Under the pieces are notes generated by a model that did no database searches, was not told the DNA's origin, and worked only from the letters and a program-made list of their open reading frames with translations. Shown in pieces: positions 25,591 through 35,010 of a stretch of DNA of 64,000 nucleotides. The stretch is from IMG/VR virus record IMGVR_UViG_3300029705_006930; one strand, given 5' to 3'. Position numbers and translations under genes: made by a program. This DNA comes from a virus (lineage: Duplodnaviria > Heunggongvirae > Uroviricota > Caudoviricetes). Every line of letters starts with the position of its first letter. The first letter of the stretch is position 1.

Positions 25591-26057
25591 TGGAGATACA
25601 GAATTTTTGTGAATATTTTAATATTCCAACCAACGCAGATATCTCTGTACAACGTGCTGATGACCCATTTGAACGAATGCAGATAGTAGCAGAATATTTT
25701 TCAGGTGGTGGTTGTAAATGTGAACATATAATTAATTTCGATATGGCTCTTTTATATGCTCAACCAAATGAGGCAGTTTACTCTATTTTATATATTGCTA
25801 ATAATATGATACTGAATATTCCAAAACAGTTATTTGATGCAATATTTATTGAATCAAATAATTTTGAGACTGCATCAAATATACCACATTATATAGCTGT
25901 ATTCTCACAATCATCAATGAATTTAGCACAACGAAAAACACAAGTTGAGGAATTGATAAAAAAACATCAGGAGATATTGCATAATCATCATATACCAGAA
26001 ATTATATATGACTTGGATTTTGATAACTTAATGATAGGAGGTAATGCATCATGTTAG
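25590..26057 (+). CDS. C-terminal-motif family member 3 (tail ...IYDLDFDNLMIGGNASC)
   Basis: Start overlaps upstream stop (TAATGG). Confidence 0.5.
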   Translation: MEIQNFCEYFNIPTNADISVQRADDPFERMQIVAEYFSGGGCKCEHIINFDMALLYAQPNEAVYSILYIANNMILNIPKQLFDAIFIESNNFETASNIPHYIAVFSQSSMNLAQRKTQVEELIKKHQEILHNHHIPEIIYDLDFDNLMIGGNASC

Positions 26058-26473
26058 ATTTTTACGAGCATTTTGGATTATCTGAAGATGTTCGGGTAAC
26101 AGCTGAATCTGTAGATGATGAACTACGTATAGTTTGTTGGGATAATGAGACAAAATATATTGTTCCGTTTGATATGATTATCTTGCCAGAGTGGTGGGGT
26201 GATGAAAAAAATGCATATATCCTGACTAAAAATGATACATTTATTCGTATGCCTCATGGTTTGGCTGTAAATGTTTTTGAAAGAGCGCGTGGTGGTTATT
26301 GGCATTATGACAATGATAAATGGGTAGCTGTGTCCTCATGTTATTTAGGTTATGAAAGAATTCAGAAGAAAGCATCTATTTTGCTGCGAAATATAAATAA
26401 TATTTTAATGGAAGAAGATAGTCATAGAAGCTCAATATCTTATGATGTTGAGTTTGATGCATTATTTAAATAA
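26051..26473 (+). CDS. C-terminal-motif family member 4 (tail ...SYDVEFDALFK)
   Basis: Overlaps upstream gene by 7 nt. Confidence 0.5.
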   Translation: MLDFYEHFGLSEDVRVTAESVDDELRIVCWDNETKYIVPFDMIILPEWWGDEKNAYILTKNDTFIRMPHGLAVNVFERARGGYWHYDNDKWVAVSSCYLGYERIQKKASILLRNINNILMEEDSHRSSISYDVEFDALFK

Positions 26474-26483
26474 AGGAGAACAA

Positions 26484-26813
26484 ATGAATATAACATTTTA
26501 TATACATAGTACAGGGCGTCAATATTTTTTAACTGCGCTGGGCGGTGCAGCCGTGCGTATCAGTCAAAATATGTATACAAGATTACAAAGACATTCTGTG
26601 GATGCAGGCGATGAAATGGTTAACCGAAGAGTTCGCACCAAACGTATTTTAAATATTGAAGATTTAAATTTCGAGAACAATTATAACTACAATACATATC
26701 GTTTGTATGATTTCTTAGAAAGAAATTACAGGTCATGGCGTAACTACACCACAATCACCTCAGAAATTGTTTATGACGAAAATGCTCTATCTTGGGACGC
26801 TCTTTTTCAGTAA
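26484..26813 (+). CDS. C-terminal-motif family member 5 (tail ...YDENALSWDALFQ)
   Basis: AAAGGAGAACAA RBS before internal ATG; motif more degenerate. Confidence 0.4.
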   Translation: MNITFYIHSTGRQYFLTALGGAAVRISQNMYTRLQRHSVDAGDEMVNRRVRTKRILNIEDLNFENNYNYNTYRLYDFLERNYRSWRNYTTITSEIVYDENALSWDALFQ

Positions 26814-26825
26814 AGGAGATAATAT

Positions 26826-27185
26826 ATGAACGAACATAAACGGATTTTACCAGAAGAGGGTGCCTATGAGGAACGATTTGCTGTTTATCCAAACCCTAAA
26901 GAACCAACTACATATGTGATGGATGTAAGGTCGCTGACAAGATACAATCCAGCGAGCAGTTTGGTTATTGATGATGCAGTTTTGGAATCACTCAGTATAT
27001 TGTCTTACCACAGTTTTGAAGCTGTACGTCCAGATACAACAGTATATTGCATGTTTATAAAAGATGCAGAAAAAGACAATTTTTTAAAAGACCCTGTGCA
27101 TTGGTTGCTACAAACACAAGTTATGAATACTCCAAGAATGGAATATGAGTTGGATTTTGACACACTGATAGGAGTGATAAAATGA
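26826..27185 (+). CDS. C-terminal-motif family member 6 (tail ...EYELDFDTLIGVIK)
   Basis: AAAGGAGATAATAT RBS. Confidence 0.5.
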   Translation: MNEHKRILPEEGAYEERFAVYPNPKEPTTYVMDVRSLTRYNPASSLVIDDAVLESLSILSYHSFEAVRPDTTVYCMFIKDAEKDNFLKDPVHWLLQTQVMNTPRMEYELDFDTLIGVIK

Positions 27186-27646
27186 GAAACTTTGAAGAAG
27201 TTTTCCCAATTGATTCTAATATTGAGTGTTATATAGCGCATCAAACATTGGTGAATTTGAAGTTGGCAATAGCAAATAAATATGACACATCACAAATAAT
27301 GACGACAATAGCTTTTGATTATGTGATACGTATATTCCCGGCGTCCCATCTTGATAACCCAATTACAATTATTAGTATAAATGGGCGCAAATATTGGTTA
27401 TCTTATAAGTTATATACCAAAATATTTATGCGCAGCCGCAGAAATCAGCGTGTGTTGTTTAATGAAGACAATCAACAAGAGGATATTGGACTGGTTATTA
27501 TGATTAGCAATAGTCCGGTGCATTTAGACAACGTATCGGATATTGTAACGGAAATTATTGAGCAAAAATGGTCAGGGCCCATAGGCATAATGAATGAGTT
27601 ACAGCAAATTGAATATATAGGGAGTTTTGAAGATTTATTAAAGTAA
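27182..27646 (+). CDS. C-terminal-motif family member 7 (tail ...EYIGSFEDLLK)
   Basis: ATGA overlap with upstream. Confidence 0.5.
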   Translation: MRNFEEVFPIDSNIECYIAHQTLVNLKLAIANKYDTSQIMTTIAFDYVIRIFPASHLDNPITIISINGRKYWLSYKLYTKIFMRSRRNQRVLFNEDNQQEDIGLVIMISNSPVHLDNVSDIVTEIIEQKWSGPIGIMNELQQIEYIGSFEDLLK

Positions 27647-27658
27647 GGAGATGATTTT

Positions 27659-28144
27659 ATGGCACACATAGATTTAGGCAATGAATATTATACACATGTT
27701 ATCTCGGAAATCAGAATTACGCCTCCAGAATCTGTAAATGATATGTTGATTCCAAGCAGAGCAATTCATTGTAACCCTTATACAGACAACGTATGGGCAC
27801 AAATCAGATTTCACTTACATAATCAATTATGTCACCGTGGCTATATATATTGGATTGAAAATGCAATATCTAAACCAGATGGTATGGTGTATTTAAATTT
27901 GTCTCCATATCCTGTATTAGGTCGTGATAAGCAATGTTGTATGAGTAAAGAATTGTTTGAAATGCTTCTTGAATATGCAAGAAATATCAAGCACTATGGT
28001 AGCTTACACAGTACTTGTGATTGGCAAAGCAGGGAATATACAATGCTGAAAGTGCGCGAGACAATTTCTGCAATGCTTAAAAAAATAGAATATGCAATGG
28101 ATTTTGATGAGCTCTTAGGAGGTCAGAAATATGACAGCGATTGA
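27659..28144 (+). CDS. C-terminal-motif family member 8 (tail ...EYAMDFDELLGGQKYDSD)
   Basis: AAGGAGATGATTTT RBS. Confidence 0.5.
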   Translation: MAHIDLGNEYYTHVISEIRITPPESVNDMLIPSRAIHCNPYTDNVWAQIRFHLHNQLCHRGYIYWIENAISKPDGMVYLNLSPYPVLGRDKQCCMSKELFEMLLEYARNIKHYGSLHSTCDWQSREYTMLKVRETISAMLKKIEYAMDFDELLGGQKYDSD

Positions 28145-28499
28145 TTTATTAACACAAAAGGATGTACCTAAAGGAGCATATCGAGTATTGATAGTATGTG
28201 ATGCCACTATAGGTTTTGTGTGTAAGCATTATGCATTGATAGAAAATGAAAACAAAACTTGTCAATATATTATCGAGTGTCAAATACAAGGGGATTTGGA
28301 AAAGTTTTATAGTGCCACATATCAAGGCTTGAAGATGGAATTCTATCGGGTTACTACAGTTGAACAGCCTGCAATAACCGAGGATTCACTTGAAATTCAG
28401 AGGATGATAGATTTCTTATTTCAGGTATATCACATAAATTTAAAGTACGAAAATATGTGTTATGAAATTGATTTTGACCAGTTGATGGGAGGAATATAA
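28131..28499 (+). CDS. C-terminal-motif family member 9 (tail ...CYEIDFDQLMGGI)
   Basis: Overlaps upstream gene. Confidence 0.5.
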   Translation: MTAIDLLTQKDVPKGAYRVLIVCDATIGFVCKHYALIENENKTCQYIIECQIQGDLEKFYSATYQGLKMEFYRVTTVEQPAITEDSLEIQRMIDFLFQVYHINLKYENMCYEIDFDQLMGGI

Positions 28500-28951
28500 T
28501 GTTTGCAACAATGGTAAATGGTGAAAAACATCTGATAACGCAAGTTGATTGGAGGCCTATATTTAATGATGATGGAAAATGTATTGAAAGAGAAATTTCT
28601 ATAAAGTTCGACTATGATGAATCATTGCGAGCAGCAAAATATAGAGTTGGCTGGTTTGTTGATGAGCATGTAAATAACGAAATACAAGTACATTTAAAAT
28701 TGCGTAATGATAAAACAATTCCAGTTATGATTCCTACGATACTCGCAGAAGCAATGGTGGAATATCAACGCAAATTGCAAAAAGAAGGGTTCTGTGGTTT
28801 GGCTACAGGAGCTCCAGAGTGGTTGTTGACATGGTATTCTGAACAACAACTGAAATTTGGAACTGAAAATGTATTTCATTTTAATAGAACAAATGAAATT
28901 AAGACAATGACTTATGAAGTGGATTTATTTGAGGAGTTGATAAACAGTTGA
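28499..28951 (+). CDS. C-terminal-motif family member 10 (tail ...TYEVDLFEELINS)
   Basis: ATAATG overlap with upstream stop. Confidence 0.5.
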   Translation: MFATMVNGEKHLITQVDWRPIFNDDGKCIEREISIKFDYDESLRAAKYRVGWFVDEHVNNEIQVHLKLRNDKTIPVMIPTILAEAMVEYQRKLQKEGFCGLATGAPEWLLTWYSEQQLKFGTENVFHFNRTNEIKTMTYEVDLFEELINS

Positions 28952-29238
28952 ACAAACAAGATGAAGGATATGCCACACTGGGTGATATGACTGCAATATT
29001 TGCAACCATAAATGACCGGACAGACTATTTGGAACATCTGGCGAATTCATCAGCAGCCCGTATTATGGATATAGAGTCAAAAAGTGATTGTTATATAACT
29101 CAATCTTCGCTATATTGTATGCGCGATGACCTCTTACAGCAGATTAGTGAGCTTCGAGAGACAGTGAACATTTTGCTGGACAAGTATAATGCACTAAACC
29201 CACCTATCAGCTTTGATGAAATGATGGAAGGAGAATAA
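28948..29238 (+). CDS. C-terminal-motif family member 11 (tail ...PPISFDEMMEGE)
   Basis: TTG start overlapping upstream stop with GGAGG 11 nt upstream (alternative ATG at ~28984). Confidence 0.4.
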   Translation: MNKQDEGYATLGDMTAIFATINDRTDYLEHLANSSAARIMDIESKSDCYITQSSLYCMRDDLLQQISELRETVNILLDKYNALNPPISFDEMMEGE

Positions 29239-29239
29239 T

Positions 29240-29530
29240 ATGCATTTTAATGAACATCTTCGTAGGGTATGGGAGCGAACTACTGCTGCAATAACTACAT
29301 CTGACCATACGGAAAATACAGTGACTTCGTATGTTACAACAAGAAGTGTTCCTGATTATTGTACTACAAGCTGGACAGCACAACCATCATATAAACAATG
29401 GGTACATAAAGATGATTTGGATGCATTAAGATATTCCCTTGGCTGGGCAACGTCAAATCCGGCAGTAAAAGAGCCAGTATCACCGAAATACGATATGGAG
29501 TTTGAAGATTTGTTCAAGGAGGAGACATAA
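29240..29530 (+). CDS. C-terminal-motif family member 12 (tail ...KYDMEFEDLFKEET)
   Basis: GGAAGGAGAATAAT RBS. Confidence 0.5.
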   Translation: MHFNEHLRRVWERTTAAITTSDHTENTVTSYVTTRSVPDYCTTSWTAQPSYKQWVHKDDLDALRYSLGWATSNPAVKEPVSPKYDMEFEDLFKEET

Positions 29531-29763
29531 TGCCGCCGAGACCAACATTTTTTGATGAGTTTACAGAAAATATAGTGCACAACACAATGCGAGAATTATC
29601 TGAATATGCAGCCCACTCCACGTTATCAATGGAAGACTCATTAGCTGATTTGAAAGAAACGTTGAAACGACTAAACATAAGTATTAATTTTGTAGAAACA
29701 GAATCTTTGACAGAAATTACATATGAGGCAGAATTTGAAGATTTAATGAAAGGAGATAAGTAA
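29530..29763 (+). CDS. C-terminal-motif family member 13 (tail ...TYEAEFEDLMKGDK)
   Basis: AAGGAGGAGACATAATG; overlaps upstream stop. Confidence 0.5.
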   Translation: MPPRPTFFDEFTENIVHNTMRELSEYAAHSTLSMEDSLADLKETLKRLNISINFVETESLTEITYEAEFEDLMKGDK

Positions 29764-30311
29764 TGTATTTTATTGGTGATACACATTTTGGCCATAAAAA
29801 TATTTTGGCCTATGATAACAGGCCTTTTAGTTCTATTGAACATCATGATGGCGAAATAATTCGACGCTGGAATAATAAGGTTACAGATATGAATGCAGAC
29901 GTTTATATGCTTGGTGATGTATCTTGGTATGGCGTTGAAAAAACAGTTGAAATTTTGAATCAGTTGAATGGTAAGAAGCATTTGATTGTGGGCAACCATG
30001 ACCATGCATTGCTTAAATCTAAAGCATTTAGAGATTGCTTTGTTGAAATTGCGGACTATAAAGAATTATATCTTGACAAAAAGACCGCAATTGTTTTGTC
30101 ACATTATCCAATTCCTACATATCGTAACTGTTACCACGGTTGGTATCATTTTTATGCTCATGTACATAACGGTTATAAACATAATATGATTTTAAAAATT
30201 AAGCAGCAGATGTGTGACTTGTATCAGAAACCACATAATATGTTTAATGTTGGAGCAATGATGCCGTGTTGTAATTTTGCACCGGTCGCCTTGGACGAAA
30301 TTGTGAGGTAA
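29763..30311 (+). CDS. calcineurin-like metallophosphoesterase (phage Ser/Thr phosphatase-like)
   Basis: GDTHFGH ... LGDVSWYG ... GNHDH metallophosphatase motifs I-III. Confidence 0.6.
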   Translation: MYFIGDTHFGHKNILAYDNRPFSSIEHHDGEIIRRWNNKVTDMNADVYMLGDVSWYGVEKTVEILNQLNGKKHLIVGNHDHALLKSKAFRDCFVEIADYKELYLDKKTAIVLSHYPIPTYRNCYHGWYHFYAHVHNGYKHNMILKIKQQMCDLYQKPHNMFNVGAMMPCCNFAPVALDEIVR

Positions 30312-30317
30312 TTACAT

Positions 30318-30671
30318 ATGATTAAACTTACTTTGACAGATGAGCAGGCACAGATTGTTGCTCAAGCTTGTGAATTTTATGCACGTGTAAGATATGGCCA
30401 GTTTAATGAAATCATTATAACAACATTGGAATGTGAACGTCCTTTTCCAAAAGATTTTAATGAGAGACGTGATGCCGCGCAGACATTGCTATTTGAGGCA
30501 CGCAAGTATTTACTTCCTGAATTGCACGGAGTTGGGCACAGCTATGGACTGGGACACGATGAAGTAAGTGATAAAGCCTATGACGTATATCAGGTTCTAA
30601 GAAAAGAACTTGGTGACAGTAGAGAACCATTTAGCTATTATGATTTGCCCAAAACAGAACGTTGTGAATAA
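30318..30671 (+). CDS. hypothetical protein
   Basis: 117-aa co-directional ORF. Confidence 0.4.
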   Translation: MIKLTLTDEQAQIVAQACEFYARVRYGQFNEIIITTLECERPFPKDFNERRDAAQTLLFEARKYLLPELHGVGHSYGLGHDEVSDKAYDVYQVLRKELGDSREPFSYYDLPKTERCE

Positions 30672-30684
30672 GAGGTGATGGTTT

Positions 30685-31164
30685 ATGAAAAAATCATTTA
30701 ATCATTTAAGTTGGGTTGTTGTTTATTATGATTGCAATGCACAAAAAATCAAACCTTATGATATTTTAAAAAGTCGCGAAGACTTTATTAAACAGCTCAA
30801 AAAGAGATGTGCAACCAAAGAAGAGTTTTCAGAGCGTATGCGCGGCGAAATGATGTATCGTTATTGGTCTAAATGTGAGTGGGAACTTATCATTGAAATT
30901 GATGAAAATGACCACATTTGGTTAAAACCCTGGGTAGGATGTCGAGACCCCGAAAATTGTAACATTGATGTAACGGATTGGGAAAATGGATTTGACTGGC
31001 GAAAATTTGCTAAAAAACATATTGGTGACCAGGTGTACCGAAATAAAGCTAAAATTGATGTTTATGACCAGCTACGATGGCGATGGGACGAATTCATTGA
31101 TTATTGCTGGTATACAAGACTTAGATATGAACGTGACGATGCAAAGTTTCATAGAGAGCTATAA
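30685..31164 (+). CDS. hypothetical protein
   Basis: AAGAGGTGATGGTTTATG RBS. Confidence 0.45.
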   Translation: MKKSFNHLSWVVVYYDCNAQKIKPYDILKSREDFIKQLKKRCATKEEFSERMRGEMMYRYWSKCEWELIIEIDENDHIWLKPWVGCRDPENCNIDVTDWENGFDWRKFAKKHIGDQVYRNKAKIDVYDQLRWRWDEFIDYCWYTRLRYERDDAKFHREL

Positions 31165-31167
31165 ATT

Positions 31168-31395
31168 ATGAATTTATATGGTGATTATATGAATAAAAAG
31201 ATGGAAGGAAAGATTGAAGAATCTTATAGGCATATTAAACCGTATCTTAAAGACCAAGAAATTTTAAAAGATATGTGTGAGCGTTGCGAGAGGTATTGTG
31301 GTAGGCAGCACGATTATGAAGAATGTTTGGATATGCCTTGTTTCAAATGTTTCTTGGGATATTCATATCTTCAATGGGAAACATCATGGGAATAA
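31168..31395 (+). CDS. small Cys-rich protein
   Basis: CERCERYCGRQHDYEECLDMPCFKC. Confidence 0.4.
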   Translation: MNLYGDYMNKKMEGKIEESYRHIKPYLKDQEILKDMCERCERYCGRQHDYEECLDMPCFKCFLGYSYLQWETSWE

Positions 31396-31419
31396 AAACA
31401 AACTTTTATGAGGTGAATT

Positions 31420-31725
31420 ATGGAAGTAAAAGAAGCAATTAAATACATTAATGATATTTTATCCTCTGATTATCATTATGATGAAACATTGGGATATCAA
31501 CTAACTTCAGATGATATTGAATGGTTAGAGATAGCAAAAGAAGCTCTTGAAAAACAGATTCCAAAGAAGCCTGAGAAGCTGACGTATAAGTTGCTGATTG
31601 ATGATGGTTGGATGTATGGATGTCCTACTTGTGGGTGTGCTTGTGGAGAAAACAAGTATCATCCAGACGTTACCAAAGGTGATATTTATTGTACACAGTG
31701 TGGGCAGATGTTGGATTGGAAGTAA
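31420..31725 (+). CDS. zinc-ribbon protein
   Basis: GAGGTGAATTATG RBS; CPTCGCACGEN...CTQCGQ. Confidence 0.45.
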   Translation: MEVKEAIKYINDILSSDYHYDETLGYQLTSDDIEWLEIAKEALEKQIPKKPEKLTYKLLIDDGWMYGCPTCGCACGENKYHPDVTKGDIYCTQCGQMLDWK

Positions 31726-31746
31726 TAAAAATAAAATTTTAAGAGG

Positions 31747-31971
31747 TTGATTATGGTTAAAGCGTATTCAAGAGGTTGGGAAATTTATTATGATGGCGAG
31801 AACTGGAGATATGTAGACAACAACGAAATCGAAAACGATTCTCGTCCTTGTAAGAAATGTGGATGTGTGCCGACAAAAGAAGGTTATGATGCTTGTTTAG
31901 GGCATATCAAAGGAGCAAAGTCTGCTTGTTGTGGGCATGGTGCAGAAGAACCATATATTATATATGAATAA
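31747..31971 (+). CDS. small Cys-rich protein
   Basis: AAGAGGTTGATTATG RBS; CKKCGC...CCGHG. Confidence 0.4.
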   Translation: MIMVKAYSRGWEIYYDGENWRYVDNNEIENDSRPCKKCGCVPTKEGYDACLGHIKGAKSACCGHGAEEPYIIYE

Positions 31972-31988
31972 TAAAAATAGAGTTTTAA

Positions 31989-32174
31989 TTGAGGCAATTT
32001 ATGAAATACATAGCGACTATACGAATCCCAACACAAATTCCAAATAAAAATAGGATGGTATTTTCAGTAGAATGTGCATTTAAACAATTAGAAGATATAA
32101 AGAAACAATATAATGTGTTGCGGTCAAAATGGATTGACGGCGATTTAGTGGTAGAGTTTGAGGTAGAAATATGA
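31989..32174 (+). CDS. small hypothetical protein
   Basis: GAGGCAATTTATG RBS. Confidence 0.35.
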   Translation: MRQFMKYIATIRIPTQIPNKNRMVFSVECAFKQLEDIKKQYNVLRSKWIDGDLVVEFEVEI

Positions 32175-32440
32175 AGTATAAAGTAATTAATATTTGTACA
32201 AATGAAGATGTAACAAATAAATATCCTTGGGTTATCACACCAAATGGAAATCTTTATTATCTGGATGGCGGAGATTTAACAGGTGATTTTGACGCTGAAT
32301 ATATTATTGAAGGAATTTATTTGCCTAATGATAAAATCCCAGAAAAAGATGAGTATTATCTTGACATGTCTGAAACTTCTGCTGCTTATGTTAATGGCTG
32401 GAATGATTGTCTTGAAGAAATTTTGGAGAGAAGCAAATAA
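32171..32440 (+). CDS. hypothetical protein
   Basis: ATGA overlap. Confidence 0.4.
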   Translation: MKYKVINICTNEDVTNKYPWVITPNGNLYYLDGGDLTGDFDAEYIIEGIYLPNDKIPEKDEYYLDMSETSAAYVNGWNDCLEEILERSK

Positions 32441-32457
32441 AAATGAAGTTTTAAGAG

Positions 32458-32736
32458 GTGGAAAATATGTTTGATATGAGTAAAGTATGCGAATATGCGT
32501 GTGATAGATATTATCAGGTGGTATATAGTTTAGGTCAGTACGATGTCGAGCAAAGCGTTCATGGTCTACTTCTGAATTATTATAGTGGCAATGTGGTTTT
32601 ATTGTCTGAAAAGGGAATATATCATATTAAGTATAAAGACATTGTTTTTATGAGACCAGTTGAACCACTCACAAATAAACTTAGTAAAGAGTTTAATGAG
32701 CTATTGGAATCTTTTAGAGAAGATAATATATCTTAA
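32458..32736 (+). CDS. hypothetical protein
   Basis: AAGAGGTGGAAAATATG RBS. Confidence 0.4.
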   Translation: MENMFDMSKVCEYACDRYYQVVYSLGQYDVEQSVHGLLLNYYSGNVVLLSEKGIYHIKYKDIVFMRPVEPLTNKLSKEFNELLESFREDNIS

Positions 32737-32761
32737 AACATACATTTATATGGTGATGAAT

Positions 32762-33109
32762 ATGAAATATATAATTGATTTAGATGCATTTAAAGATTGT
32801 TTGCATTTGCTAAGACACCCGATATTAAAATATGGCATTATAGACGCAGTCTATGTGAATGATGTAATCGAATTACTCGATAAATTCCCAAAAGAAAAAT
32901 ATGGCAATGAATGTATGGATATGCTTGAAAAGTTAGCTGATATTAATGAAGAAAATAATAATGATAAGTCAGAAAATTCACCAATTACAGCAATGAAATG
33001 TTGTGAATCAGAATCTGAGCATGAGTGGGTAGAATTAGTGTCATTATCTTATCCGCAGACAAGCGAAACCTATTGTAAAAAATGTGGTAAAAGGAGAGAT
33101 AATTTATGA
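32762..33109 (+). CDS. hypothetical protein with CxxC pair
   Basis: Third in-frame ATG of ORF 32660, chosen because the upstream gene ends at 32736. Confidence 0.35.
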   Translation: MKYIIDLDAFKDCLHLLRHPILKYGIIDAVYVNDVIELLDKFPKEKYGNECMDMLEKLADINEENNNDKSENSPITAMKCCESESEHEWVELVSLSYPQTSETYCKKCGKRRDNL

Positions 33110-33360
33110 AAAAGATTTTAGTAATTATTTCAATGATAGCAATGTTCTTATTTGGTGCTTGCAGTGCTACAAATGTAGGTGCCGAACAGGATAATCCAAT
33201 TAAGATTTGGTTTGAAAATCATAATGGTAACCTTCTAACCTGTAAAGTTGTTGATGATAATACTGGAGTTAATTATATAGTTGTTGCATCAAATTACGAT
33301 GGAAGTGTAACAATCACACCACGCCTTAATGCTGATGGTACTTTGTATGTAAGTAAATAA
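33106..33360 (+). CDS. putative lipoprotein
   Basis: Signal peptide MKKILVIISMIAMFLFGAC with lipobox LFGAC. Confidence 0.5.
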   Translation: MKKILVIISMIAMFLFGACSATNVGAEQDNPIKIWFENHNGNLLTCKVVDDNTGVNYIVVASNYDGSVTITPRLNADGTLYVSK

Positions 33361-33374
33361 AGGAGAATTCATAC

Positions 33375-33658
33375 ATGAAAAGGCACCATCGGAACAACAA
33401 AGTAAATATGTCAGAGATATTATTAGATGGTTAGGCAAGGAGCCTCCTCACGAATTTTCTGCAGCGGCATATTATCAGTTTATAAGAGAAAATATTGACG
33501 AGCTGAAAAAAGTTCAGGCACATTATTACGAAGAACGTGGTAAAACATTGTGGGTAAGTCCATATAAAAAGAGCGGACAAAGTAAACATCATTATTATTC
33601 TGTTATGGATGAAGAAGAGGATGCTGATTGGCGAGCCAGCATGGATTTTGATTGGTAG
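33375..33658 (+). pseudogene. possible frameshifted remnant of a small gene
   Basis: AAAGGAGAATTCATACATG RBS but ATG frame stops after 19 codons. The coding-like reading continues in two other + frames (EKAPSEQQSKYVRDIIRWLG... then IDELKKVQAHYYEERGKTLW...DFDW), switching at A-runs. Confidence 0.25.
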
Positions 33659-33668
33659 GTGATTTCTG

Positions 33669-33962
33669 ATGAATATTATTGAAAATGTTATAGTTGGCAA
33701 TCCAACTTTGAACCCAGCAACTGTTTTTGCTTATGATACAGAAGATTGGGAGCTGATTGAAAAGCCTAAAACTTTGTTCACAGCAGAACGTTATCTGCCC
33801 AAAATTATGAAAGATGTTGGCATTGTAAACAGCATTTCAGAGGTTAGACGAAATCAGCCCGGCCTCTGCATAACATTGGAGCAAGAAGAATTCCGGACTA
33901 TAAAATGGGGCAAAAAATTTTTATTCATCCTTGTTGGAGAGGAAACTGATGGAAACCATTAG
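33669..33962 (+). CDS. hypothetical protein
   Basis: 97-aa ORF. Confidence 0.4.
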   Translation: MNIIENVIVGNPTLNPATVFAYDTEDWELIEKPKTLFTAERYLPKIMKDVGIVNSISEVRRNQPGLCITLEQEEFRTIKWGKKFLFILVGEETDGNH

Positions 33963-34203
33963 AGATATCTTATATGAATATATTTTAGATTTAAAACAGC
34001 GGAAACGTATATATAAAGTACCAAGTGTTCAAAGTCCTACAATTACATTTTATACTTCAGACTTTAAAAGAATGTTGAATCTCATTGATAAATATATAGA
34101 TGAAATCAAATGTCGAGATTCACTTTATTGCGAATATTTCTGCAATAAGAAAGGAAACAAAAATGCCCGAAGAAAAGAAACAAAATCCATGCGAGACTTG
34201 TGA
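33949..34203 (+). CDS. hypothetical protein
   Basis: GGAGAGGAAACTG RBS before internal ATG. Confidence 0.4.
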   Translation: METIRDILYEYILDLKQRKRIYKVPSVQSPTITFYTSDFKRMLNLIDKYIDEIKCRDSLYCEYFCNKKGNKNARRKETKSMRDL

Positions 34204-34300
34204 ACGCAGTTGTGATGGTTGGGAGGCTATGTTTTGTTGCGCTCGTTGCCATTATTTAGGCATTGAAGATTGTGACAGATGCGACCCATGGGATATATAG
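34163..34300 (+). CDS. small Cys-rich (zinc-ribbon-like) protein
   Basis: AAAGGAAACAAAAATG; CETCERSCDGW...CCARCHYLGIEDCDRCDPW. Confidence 0.35.
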   Translation: MPEEKKQNPCETCERSCDGWEAMFCCARCHYLGIEDCDRCDPWDI

Positions 34301-34308
34301 GAGGAAAT

Positions 34309-34518
34309 ATGAAACAAGAAAAAACAATTTCAGAAATGATTGCTGAATACACAGCTAAAGGATATACGATGTATACAAAAGGCGAAGGAGACAACATTAT
34401 TGGCTATCGTTTTGGTGAACCTATTGAAGCTATGGCCCTATGGGTTGATGATGGCTTTAAAACACCTGAAGAAGCTTTTATGTATTGGTACAATCAACAT
34501 AAGGAGAAGAAATCATGA
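34309..34518 (+). CDS. small hypothetical protein
   Basis: GGAGGAAATATG RBS. Confidence 0.4.
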   Translation: MKQEKTISEMIAEYTAKGYTMYTKGEGDNIIGYRFGEPIEAMALWVDDGFKTPEEAFMYWYNQHKEKKS

Positions 34519-35006
34519 TAGGATTAATACTCACAATTTTTAGCATTGGTTTTATATATATGACAATTTGTGTCATTGCTTCATATAACCGCTTACACAA
34601 GAAATGGCGTAAATTTGAAAAAACACCGTATGTAAGATATGCAGTATATGATGCAGGAGATTTGCATCTCAAATATTCGCAGATTGATAATTTGCTTGAA
34701 TACTTCTATGACGGCGGAGAAGCTGAGATGATTGTATCAGGTAATATTGGTGTTATCAAACCAACTCAAATGAATTGTGATGCGTTTCATCTCAATTATC
34801 ATACTAGAGGTAATATGGTGGCACCTGTAACAAAGCAGTATAAAGTAAGATTTTCATTTATAGATTATCTAAAATATTGCAATAAGATTACCAAAATTGA
34901 ACAGATGCGAAAGCATGAAGAAGCAGTCCGTGAAAAAAATAAAAATAATGAAACGGTTGAATTGATTGCTATTTTAAACCAAGGAAAAGCCAAAATGAAA
35001 GGATGA
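34515..35006 (+). CDS. hypothetical membrane-anchored protein
   Basis: N-terminal TM helix GLILTIFSIGFIYMTICVIASY. Confidence 0.45.
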   Translation: MIGLILTIFSIGFIYMTICVIASYNRLHKKWRKFEKTPYVRYAVYDAGDLHLKYSQIDNLLEYFYDGGEAEMIVSGNIGVIKPTQMNCDAFHLNYHTRGNMVAPVTKQYKVRFSFIDYLKYCNKITKIEQMRKHEEAVREKNKNNETVELIAILNQGKAKMKG

Positions 35007-35010
35007 TTGT

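Noticed and set aside
33431-33700. 89-aa minus-strand ORF
   Set aside because: Hydrophobic low-complexity sequence with no RBS. The plus strand here carries a decayed but coding-like reading frame with a strong RBS.
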